Of a DNA stretch of 64,000 nt, positions 28,892 to 39,978 are shown piece by piece. The translations under genes were made by a program, and so were the position numbers. Within the stretch, counting starts at the first letter, position 1. Each line of letters begins with the position of its first letter. The DNA is taken from contig OX597819.1 in the NCBI GenBank assembly GCA_951406725.2, positions 91,884,001 through 91,948,000 of the forward strand. The letters run 5' to 3'. The notes beneath the pieces were generated by a model. The model saw only the letters and a list, made by a program, of their open reading frames with translations. It was not told the origin of the DNA and did no database searches. Source of the stretch: Octopus vulgaris (taxonomy: Eukaryota).

Positions 28892-30087
28892 TTCAGTGTG
28901 GTCAGTCAGCCTGATTATAATAGCAATCAAATAATCAAATATCCCTTCAAATCATGAGCTACCGTTGGAAAAAATATCCCAGAAAAAGATGGAATGTTAT
29001 TTTAAGGGGGCCAGCCTTGTCGCACGCTGTACCGCGCTGAATCTCCCTGAGAAATACGTGAAGGGTACACGTGTCTGTATAGTGCTCAGTCACTTGCACG
29101 TTAATTTCACGAGAAGGTTGTTCCGTTGATCAGACGATCCGGTACCCTCGTCGTCGTAACTGACGAAGTGCCATGTATAAGCACAGACATACATAGCGAG
29201 CGAACTTGGTAAATGGAAACTGTGTGGAAGCCCACCGTATGTGTGTGTGTGTGTATCTGTTTGTCTTTGTGACTGTGATTGCTTCTTTTCACCGTCGCTT
29301 GTCAACAAGTGTTGATTTCTTTGTGTACATCCCCGTATCTAGCAACTCGGCAAAAGAGAGCGATAGAATAAAAACCGGCCTTAAAAATAAGTACTGGAAT
29401 AAGTCTGTTTGACAGAAAAAAATCTTTCAAGGAGGTGCCCTAGTATGGCTGCAATCCAGATGATTGAGATACATAAAAGATAAAAGTTAAAGCAATACCA
29501 TCTGCTCTTTACATTTTCCCATTAGTGAGAGAATATGAACATGACAACCTCTTCTGTTAAAAGACATTTTCTTTCCTTCATGGCTGTCCATAGAAACCTT
29601 TTAATTTATTTATTAAAGAGACAATACTTATCAGGCATCTTAAATGACATATTATCTCTTGTCATGAAAATTTCGACCATCCATAGTTTCAGTTACATAA
29701 TTTAGATTTCGCCGTCTAAACATCCCTGCTATATTGACTGACAGAACGTCTCCGTGCAAATCATAAGAATTTCTGTATTGATTATAATTCATTTCCCCTC
29801 TTCTCAATACTCTTATTCGCAATCGTCTATTTCGCAATACTTGGTATTGAAGTATTTGTGAGTTATACGGAAATATTCAATATATTCTCCGTTAACTTAG
29901 CATTGTTAAGCGACATTTATTACATTTTCCATTTCTGTTGTGAAACAGCAATTCGTCAACTGAACTACAAGCTCTTATGATTACATAAAAATATAGACAT
30001 AAACGAAACATTATCAATCATTCTGTGTTATAGTATGGTCGACAACATTCAACGATGGCTGGTTCTTTCTTATTGCTATTAATATTG

Positions 30088-30995
30088 CTTTCAAATTTTG
30101 CTACAAGACCAGCAATATCGGGGGAGCGAGCTAAGTCGATTAAATCGACCCCAGTGCTCAACCGATACTTATTTTATCGAATCCGAAAGGATGAAAGGCA
30201 AAGTCGATCCTGATGATATTTGAACCCACAAAGTTAAGACGGACGACATGCTGCTAAACATTTTGTCCAGCGTGCTAACGATTCTGCCTGCTCACCGCCT
30301 CACTATTGCTACTAATATTAAAAAAGGCATAGGGTAGCGAACTGGCAGAATCGTTAAGCACCCCGCGCAAAATGTTTAGCGGTATTTCGTCCGGCGAGTT
30401 GGCAGAAACGTTAGCACGCTGGGCGAAATGCTAAGCAGTATTTCGCCTGCCGCTACGTTCTGAGTTCAAATCCCGCCGAGGTCGACTTTGCCTTTCATCC
30501 TTTCGGGGTCGATAAATTAAGTACCAGTTACGCACTGGGGTCGATATAATCGACTTAATTCGTTTGTCTGTCCTTGTTTGTCCCGTCTGTGTTTAGCCCC
30601 TTGTGGGTAGTAAAGAAATAGGTATTTCGTCCGTCATTACGTTCTGAATTCAAATTTTGCCAAGGTCGACTTTGCCTTTCCTCCTTCCGGGATAAATGAA
30701 ATAAGCACCATATCAGGAGTGGGGTCGTTGTAATCGACTAATCCGTTTCCCGAACTTGCTGTCCTGGTGCCAGAATTTGAAACCAACATAAAAAATGACA
30801 TAGGGCGGCAAGCTGGCAAAATTGTTTGCACTCCGAGCAAAATGCTTTGCGGCACCTCGCCCGTCTTTACGTCGTGGTTGACTTTGCCTTTCATCCTTTC
30901 GTGGTTGATAAATAAGTACTAGTTGATCACTAGAGTGGATGTAATTCACTAAGCCCCTCCTCTGGAACTGCTGGCCTAGTACCAAAATTTGAAAA
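30088..30995. mobile_element. Cluster of family B SINEs: one minus copy head-to-head with nested and tandem plus copies
   Basis: Minus copy 30088-30300. Plus copy 30333-30790 contains an inner copy at 30392-30620. A further copy lies at 30803-30995. Confidence 0.85.
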
Positions 30996-31119
30996 CAGTA
31001 TTAAAAACTATTATGTATATTTATGTGTGTATATCTTTTATGCATAATGACAGTCAAAATGATATATATATATTCTTGTATACGTTTCAGCCCTAAGGCT
31101 GCGGCCATGCTGGGGCGTG

Positions 31120-31172
<53 letters not shown>

Positions 31173-31438
31173 GCAGGCTCTAAAGGGACTGTTGTTGGTC
31201 TATATTGGCAAGCCTTGTATAATTAAGTGAACTAGACAAAAAAGAGTACAGTGAATTTGCCGGGGTGGGGGGTGGGGATGGAAAATCTAACGCTTTAGAA
31301 AAAGTCGTTCTTTGGCGAAGAGTTGATAAGAACCAATTAATTTCGCTTCTTTCAATTATTCTCTGAAAGTCTCTCTCCGAAACGTTGGGTTTTCCACTCA
31401 CCACAGCAAATTCACTGTAATTAATTTTTCTTCCCCCA

Positions 31439-31474
<36 letters not shown>

Positions 31475-32388
31475 GACATTCTATATAACATATGCATGTA
31501 TAATTATGTAAGATATCGCGTGATCGACTAGGCAATCGGATGTTGTTATATTTTGCTGGTCACAATGCGATTGGCATCATTGTATATACATATATATACT
31601 CATATTTAAGATATATATATATGTACATACATATATATATACTCATTTAAGAGGTATATATATATACTCATAGTTAAGATATATGTATATAAATATACAT
31701 ATATATATGTGTGTGTGTGTGTATGTATATTTGTATGAACGGCTAATAGGAGAAAGTCAGGTGGATAAGAGTGCTTCCGATCTTACAGACGAAACAGTTC
31801 AAGCATAAGGAATGTGTTTTCTAAATCTCCAAACACTTATCTCTGAAATTGATCCCAGTCACTTGCGTATGCTGCGGTATCAGAAAAGGTAACAGTTTCT
31901 TTGATACGCAACCCTTTTTAACACTATCACCAGGTTGTACTTAGTTACCTTATAGTAGATTCCACTTCGTTGCAAGCATTTACAGCAGAACACCTGTTCT
32001 TAGTCTTCCCATGATATTCTTGTATATGTTGACCTATCGATGTTCATCAACCGCATTAATCACACCATACTTTCAAATACAGCATGTAATGGTCGGGGGA
32101 ATTACCTTTTCTCCTCCCTTTAACTTATATAATATAAATTTATAGGCACAGCTGTGTCGCTAAGATGCTGTAAAACTGCGTGTTTTCGGGTTCAGTGCTA
32201 CGGTGCGGTATTATGAGCAAGTGTTTTCTACTATAGTTCTCGGGGAAATTAATGGTATGTGAGTGAATTTGGCAGACGGAAACTGTGTGGAATTCCGTTG
32301 TATATATATATAAAATATTAGAAAAAAAACACCTTTTATCAATTCAAAATGAATAATTAAGTTTGCAAGTTTGGATTTTATTCCCTTA

Positions 32389-32428
<40 letters not shown>

Positions 32429-33024
32429 GAATATACACCTTGTAGTATGCTGGTTAAAGCGCTTCGACAGTATTCGGTTACCTGATGTCAACAAAAGTAT
32501 GGAGGTATATGCCACTGGATTTGCTACAAGAATTCCTTATTTCTTTATGTGCGTGTGTGTGTGTATGAGTTTGTGTGTGAGTTGGTTTGTTTAAGTACGT
32601 CTTCGTAACTTAGCAGTTCGTCCAAAGACACCGATAGAATAAGCAGAAAACTTACAGAAAGAAAGAAAAACTAAAAAAATGCACTGGTGTCAGTTTGTTC
32701 GACCCCCCCCCCCCCCTCACGGCCGCAGTTCAGTGAATGAAACAGATAATAGATACAAAAAAATTCATTTACGTCAAATATAATCTACCTATCTACTCAT
32801 TGATATCGAATTCGTTCATTCTCTAAATTCCGATAAAAGACCAGAGGTTAGAGTAACAGCTAGGGTGGTGCCTTTCCATGATCATAACCCGCTGTTTTGA
32901 TACTGGTAAACCAATAAGGGTTGGATATAATTAAGGACATAATCTGGAAAATGTTAAACCCACTGCTTGTTGATTGTTCTCGTGCAGATTCCAGCCGAGA
33001 TTAAAGATTCAACTCCATATCAGT

Positions 33025-33225
33025 TTCTTCTTCTTCTTCTTCTTCTTCTTTTCGTCTTCTTCTTCTTCTTCTTCTTCTTCTTCTTCTTCTTCTTCTTCTT
33101 CTTCTTCTTCTTTCTTCTTCTTCTTCTTCTTCTTCTTCTTCTTCTTCTTCTTCTTCTTTCTTCTTCTTCTTCTTCTTCTTCTTCTTCTTCTTCTTCTTCT
33201 TCTTCTTCTTCTTCTTCTTCTTCTT

Positions 33226-33256
<31 letters not shown>

Positions 33257-33436
33257 TTATTATTATTATTCTTCTTCTTTTCGTCTTCTTCTTTTCGTCT
33301 TCTTCTTCTTCTTCTTCTTCTTCTTTTCTTCTTCTTCTTCTTCTTCTTCTTCTTCTTCTTCTTCTTCTTCTTCTTCTTCTTCTTCTTCTTCTTCTTCTTC
33401 TTCTTCTTCTTCTTCTTCTTCTTCTTCTTCTTCTTC
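33025..33436. repeat. (TTC)n tract, ~410 bp
   Basis: Directly visible, with three ttttcgtcttc interruptions and an (ATT)5 insert. Confidence 0.97.
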
Positions 33437-34912
33437 CACCACCTTTCAGCATATCCTCTATCTTTCACTATCCTACTTTTTTCTCACCCACCCACCCTCA
33501 CTTTCACCATCGTCTAGCTTATAGCTTCTCTGTTTAAAAACAAACAAACAAACAAGCAAAAAACCCCAACAAAAAACAAACAACAACAACGCAATACCTT
33601 CCTACCTCTCCTCAACTCAGTCACACCCATTACTTTTCTTAGTTCTCTCACAGCTCGTAATTTCTCACCTCTTAACTAACTTAGCTCCTCTCTAATATTC
33701 CTTACCTTCTCGTACATCTCGTATACTCTCTCGTACATCTCTAGTCTTTTACCTTCGCCGTCGGCACCTTTTCAGATCTACTTCACGCTCTTTCTAATCT
33801 ACGCCTCCTTTCGCTACATCTCTTTTCTTCGAACATTCACCATACTCCTCCTCCTTATACTCTGCTATATCTATCCTCTCTTTGATATGCTCTCAATCCC
33901 CCCTCCCACCTCTCTTTCATTCACGCAAAATTCTCAGTGTTAATGCTTATCTCAATACATGTAAGTAAATGAAGGCGGTGAACTGGCAGAACAGTTACCG
34001 TACCAGGCAAAATGGTTACCGGATTACGTCAATCTGCAAGTTCTGAGTTCAAATTCCGCCGACGTCGACTTTGCCTTTCATCCTTTCGCATCGATAAAAT
34101 AAGTACCAGTTGAATACTGGGGTCGCTCTGATCAATTTTTCTCTTCCTCCGAAATTACTGGCCTTGTGACAATGTGTGAAAGTAAATATATGCTAATTAA
34201 TTCCAAGATATAAGTAATAGTTTTTACACCTAGGTGGTTTGAAATTTGAATATACGCCGATGGGGTTCTGTGATTAAGAAGCACGCTTTTTACTACCACG
34301 TGGTTCTGGGTTCAGTCCCACTGCGCGACAACTTGGGCAAGTGTCTTCGACTATAGCCTCGGACAAACCAATGCCTAGTGTATGAATTTAGTAGACAGAA
34401 ACTCTGTGTGTGTGTGCGCACACGCACTCACTCACACACACATACACACACATTTAGGTGCAGGCGTGGTTGTGTGGTAAAAAATTTACTTCACAACCAT
34501 ATGGTTCCGAGTTCAGACCTAGTGCGTTACAATTTGGACTAGTGTCTTCTGTTGCTTCGGGCCAGCCAAGGCCTTCTGAGTGGATTTGGCAGACATAAAT
34601 TGAAAGAAGCCGGTCGTCGCCTGTTGCATTTATAAAATGTCTTGTTTGTCACTGTCTCAGTATATATACGCTAGCTTTTTCCCAGTAGCTAAATAACAGT
34701 ACTGGCGCATCCAAGTTTGAGTGGTGTCAATGATAATGGCGAGAAACCACAATGGTATTTTGGTTCATTGAGTGAGGAGGAAAACTCAGCTGAAAATATT
34801 CCGTGTATCGTGTCTTTGTCTATATTCCCGTCTGTTAAGTTTTCGTATAGTTTCCCGCTTGCCCTGCTTTCGTCTAACTTTTTCTCCTTGTTGTGTTCTG
34901 TCTGCTCAACCT

Positions 34913-34976
<64 letters not shown>

Positions 34977-35777
34977 GTGTGTGTGTGTGTGTGTGTGTGT
35001 GTATCTATCTGTGTTTGTTCCCCACCACCGCTTGTCAACGGCTGCTGGAATGTTTACATCTCCGTAGTTAGCTTAAGAAACCGTTGGAATAAGTACCAGG
35101 CTTCAAAATACGACTAAACCCTCCAAGGCCGTTCTCTAGAATGGCTACAGTCCAATGACTAAAACGAGTAAATGGTAAAAAATTTAAAAGAGCTATCTCT
35201 TTTCTAGGTGGAAATCAGAGATTCTGTGACGCTTTCTGTCACTTTTTATATACATCCAGACAAGATAGAGTACCGCTTCTAATCTTACTGTATAAATGCG
35301 AATGTATGTGTATATATTCCAGACTGCAGGCCAGTAGCAGAAATTTAGCAATTTTTCAAAGAGCTACACATTTTTCGAGGAGAAAATCATAGACTGTGAG
35401 ACTTTCCCTGATACTTTCTATAAATCTGTGTAAGACCGGATGCCTCTCCTCGTCTCTCACACATCATCACACACATAGTAGATCCATTTCTCTGTCATTT
35501 CTTATAAACATACGTATATATCACTATCACATTTCTCTCTCTTTCTCTTCAAACTCAGACTTTTTCTCTCCTCCCCTCTCTTTCTTTCACTCTGTTCATG
35601 TTTTTCTAATCTTAAAGTCCTCCCACTCTCTATCTCTCATTTATTTTTGTGATTTTATCTCGTTTGTATCTGTGTTTTTATATTCTTACCAAGTTCCTCC
35701 ACTAATTTTCTCTTTTTTTCTATCACCCTCTCTTTCCTTACACTCTTTCTAAGTTTATATTCTCACAATAGATTGCA

Positions 35778-35778
35778 T

Positions 35779-35837
<59 letters not shown>

Positions 35838-35882
35838 GTCTTTCTTTCTTTCTTTCTTTCCTTCTTTCTTTCTTTCTTTCCT

Positions 35883-35916
<34 letters not shown>
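35778..35916. repeat. (TTTC)n tract (another at 59038-59225)
   Basis: Directly visible. Confidence 0.95.
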
Positions 35917-35919
<3 letters not shown>

Positions 35920-36112
35920 ACATTCCTTTCTCCGTCTCTTTGCTTCTCTCTTCGCACACCCTAGACTCTCATTCTTGCCTTCCTTTCTCACTCTTCCTTT
36001 TTCAACTCATCATCGTCCTCGTTCTCTCTCTCGCTCTCTCTCACTTTTCCATCTCTCAGTTCACTCTCTCACCTCCACACTCCATGGCCTTAATTCTTCA
36101 TCGCTATCTCTG

Positions 36113-36147
<35 letters not shown>

Positions 36148-36661
36148 GTCTGTGACTCACTATCGTCGGAAATATTTGCTGTTTAGAAAAAAAGAATGCG
36201 GGAAGGTGTTTGTAACTGGATACTTCTTTACAGGTGTTATAGTTGAGTGGCAAAGTAAAGTTTGGAAGCTGTGTTTCATTTCCAAACAACACACCCAAAA
36301 CGAATGTAGTCTATGAGTTTATGAGTGAGTATATGTGCACGTTTGCAGAACTAAATGCTTGGGTGTGCGCCTGCATGTGTGTTTGTGAATGTGTGTTTGT
36401 GTGTGCGTGTGTTTGTGTATGTATGTATGTATGTATATATATATATGTGTGTGTGTATCTGTGTATATATATATGTGTGTGTATGTGTTTGTATATATAT
36501 ATATATGTGTGTGTGTGTATGTGTTTGTATATATATATATATATATACACACATACACACACACATATATATATACACAGATACACACACACACACACAC
36601 ATATATATAATTTATGGTATATACATCATATAATGCATACATACATATACATATCTGTTTG

Positions 36662-36897
<236 letters not shown>

Positions 36898-36941
36898 TAT
36901 AAAAAGACAACGTCAGTGTATGATATATACATAGAGAGAGA

Positions 36942-36979
<38 letters not shown>

Positions 36980-37333
36980 TATTGAGAGAGAAGGAGAAAA
37001 GGAGAGAGAGTGGTAAAAGAAGAGGAGATAATACTAAGAAAGAATATAGGCTTTACAGAATCTCATGGTACTTCTACTCTTATCCTTCTCAAGATAACTT
37101 ACAATAGAATATAACGATTTTTCTTAGAATAATAACAAGGATGAAATTTTAGAGAGAAAGAAACTAATCCGCATTCCGCAGCACAATGCAATGTTTGTGA
37201 TGTTTAAAATGAGTATTATATCATGGTATTTAAAAATAATAACTACAAATAATTACCATAAAGACAAGAGAGAAACAAAACCAAAAAAGCAACACGCAGA
37301 GGAAAAATCATGGAAAATTGTTTTGTTTGTGTT

Positions 37334-37375
<42 letters not shown>

Positions 37376-37643
37376 ACACACAGCCTAAGCGTTTTAATAA
37401 TTATCGACATAATAGAGACGGGAAGTGGTGTGAATGTTAAAATGTATATAGATATATATTTATATATTTATATATATATGTGTGTGTGTTTGTATAAATA
37501 TTTATACACACACACGCTTTATTTTTGTGCCAGCGAGTATTTCCTTCCAATGGAAATAGCTACTGGTTTCACGCCAGTATCCAGGAATTTGGACTCTGTC
37601 ATATTTTTCTAAAAATAAAAAATAAAAATACAACAAAATAATG

Positions 37644-38065
37644 GGATCTTTTCGGTTTGAACGGCAGTTTTTTTTCTAGCGGTGTCATATGAAATTGTCA
37701 CCCATAATTATGACCTTAGTATCGATCTATTGCATTTCAACCTGTTTTAGGGTTAGGGTTAGGGGTGGGGGGAATGGTATCTTTTTTCTTCACAAATGTA
37801 AATAAACCCAACCTGTTTCTTAAACGAGGGACATATTCATACGTTTTTTACCTCAATGTTTTTTACCTCATTGGACGGCATTGATTGGTTGAAATTGCAG
37901 AAATTGAAGAAAAAACAACAAATATCTTAAAAACTATAGAATTTTCTCAATAAAGCCAAGAGAAAAAGATGTTTTATAAACACATTCTACCAGTATACGA
38001 AGTTTAAAAGTGTTTAGTTACGTGGAAATTATTTTAAAAAACTGCCGTTCAAACCGAAAAGATCC
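37644..38065. mobile_element. MITE with 29-bp perfect TIRs and 8-bp TSD (Merlin-like by GG termini)
   Basis: TIRs ggatcttttcggtttgaacggcagttttt / aaaaactgccgttcaaaccgaaaagatcc. TSD aaataatg at 37636-37643 and 38066-38073. Internal (TTAGGG)3. Confidence 0.9.
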
Positions 38066-38147
38066 AAATAATGAAATAATGCCGGTGTCTTTTACTTTAA
38101 CAATTACGAAATTATGACAGTTTGCTGAGCATATATATATATATATA

Positions 38148-38350
38148 TAATCCCTCGCCATATCGCGGACTATTATTTAAGATTGCATCGATTCTTCCGT
38201 GGTGTTTTGCAGTTATGATAAAATAAATATATACAAATTATAAAAATGATCATAAAGAATATACAGTATAGCACTGTTTCTACTTCGCGGATTTTTACCT
38301 ATCGCGGGGTATTTTGGAATGTAACACCCGCGATAGTCGAGGGATTACTG
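38148..38350. mobile_element. pogo/Tigger-like MITE
   Basis: Imperfect TIRs taatccctcgccatatcgcgg ... ccgcgatagtcgagggattactg. The right end is ...ACTG and the element sits in TA context. Confidence 0.7.
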
Positions 38351-38424
38351 CATGTATATATATGCAATTCATGGACACTTGCGCGAAAACAATGTGTAGG
38401 AAAATAGTCATAAGTTCTATATGT

Positions 38425-38955
38425 TTCTTACTTAAGTCCTTCACTCCCTTTGGAACGTAGACCATCGATGACTTTTCTTCACTCTTCTCCACTGTTGTCC
38501 ACTCTTCTCCACTATTGTCCACTCTTCTCCACTGTTGTCTACTCTTCTCCACTCTGGACTGTCTTTTGTTTCTCTGTTGGATCCCTGTTGTTTCAGCTCG
38601 ACTTCAATATCTTGCCGCCAACTGTTTTTAGGGCACCTTATCTTCCACCTCCTTTGTTGTTCCAGGTTAGGACCTGACGTTGACCTGTCATAAGTTTTTC
38701 CTAAAGGAAAGCCTTGCTCTGGGTATTTTGGATTATGAATTATCGTCGATGCTTCTCTAACTTTCTAAGCTTTCTAAGTAGAGATGTCGGCCCTATACAA
38801 ACCCAATTTTTCCTTTGAGCAGAGGCAGTCACTATCAGCCTGGGTTCTATCCTTTGACCTGTCTAGCATGGAAGGCGTTACCTGGAGGTTGTGTTCAGCT
38901 GTCATAGATCTCTGGGTCATTGAATTACACAACCACCAAACGGCAACAAGGATTG
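38425..38955 (-). mobile_element. RTE-derived non-autonomous element (5' UTR-like segment plus ORF 3' end)
   Basis: The minus strand reads RQVLTWN../PKNSWRQDIEVELKQQG..EWRRV..IDGLRSKGSEGLK followed by taagtaag. 38830-38955 carries a tttgacctgtctagcatgg...tctctgggtcattg segment resembling RTE 5' UTR sequence. Confidence 0.65.
38480..38554. repeat. 20-bp minisatellite (~3.7 copies) inside the RTE remnant
   Basis: Repeated cactcttctccactgttgtc. Confidence 0.9.
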
Positions 38956-39234
38956 GACCTTGTGGTGCCACTATCTGTGTATGTATGTATGTGTGTGTGT
39001 GTGTGTATGTATGTTAGGGCATCTGAAAAGTTATGTCGTATCTTATGTTTAGGAATGGATCGCCTATGTTTAGTCCACTGCAGGACAGAGGCCTCAGCAT
39101 GTTCTCTCCACCAACCACGGTGTGGTATGGAAGCTATGAATTTGAGCTTGTTTGCTGGTTTGATGAGCCTACTTTTCTACACTGGCTTGACGTGGCTTGG
39201 CAGAGAGATGCAGTTTTTATATACTCATACCTAG

Positions 39235-39596
39235 GAGAAGTTAAGTCGATTACATTGATTCCAGTGTTCTACCGGTATTTATTTCACCGACCCCTAAAGG
39301 ATGAAACGCAAAATTGGCTTCGGCTCAATTTGAACCCAGACCGTAAGGACAGACGAAATACCTATTTCTTTACTACCCACAAGGGGCTAAACACAGAGGG
39401 GACAAACAAGGACAGACAAACGGATTAAGCTCATTACATCGACCCCAGTGCGTAACTGGTACTTATTTAATCGACCCCGAAAGGATGAAAGGCAAAGTCG
39501 ACCTCGCGGAATTTGAACTCAGAACGTAACGGCAGACGAAATACCGCTAAACATTTTGCTCGGCGTGCTAACGATTCTGTCATCTCTTCGTCGCCT
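39235..39596 (-). mobile_element. Family B SINE dimer / nested copy
   Basis: Reverse complement of the same architecture as 56048-56440. Confidence 0.85.
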
Positions 39597-39666
39597 GTAT
39601 TTCATGTAATAAGTTCAAATTTGTATAGGATGTATATTTTTATTCTCTAAAAAATAACGATAATCG

Positions 39667-39978
39667 TTAGCAATAACATTTTCCAACCTTAGAAACCAGT
39701 TTGCTGGTTCCTAGAAGGGAAAAAATTGCTTGGAGCGTTGTTTCGACATGGTTCCCGACGCCGAATGTTTTTTCATTGTTAAAGTGTTTAGATGACCTGA
39801 ATAAGAGAAAATATGTTAGTGCTAGGTCTGGTGTGTAGGAAGAGTGAAGTAGAACTTCGATGTCTAATGAATTTATCTCTTCTTGAGTTATGTTCGCTAA
39901 ATATGGCCTCGCATTATCATGTTGCAGGATGACCCCCTCTCTGTTGAATCCAATTTCCTTCTCTATACACTTTTTCAA
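39667..39978 (-). mobile_element. Degenerate mariner transposase fragment (C-terminal catalytic region)
   Basis: VILQHDNARPY...EVLLHSSYTPDLALTYFLLFRS corresponds to the mariner HDNARPH and HPPYSPDLAPSDY.LF motifs. The third catalytic Asp is lost and no TIRs were seen. Confidence 0.85.

Noticed and set aside
37747-37772. Telomere or chromosome fusion scar
   Set aside because: Only three units, located inside a TIR/TSD-bounded MITE.
38480-38554. Regularly spaced repeats as a CRISPR array (also 48473-48523)
   Set aside because: Units are contiguous or too short, there are no proper spacers or cas genes, and the context is eukaryotic.
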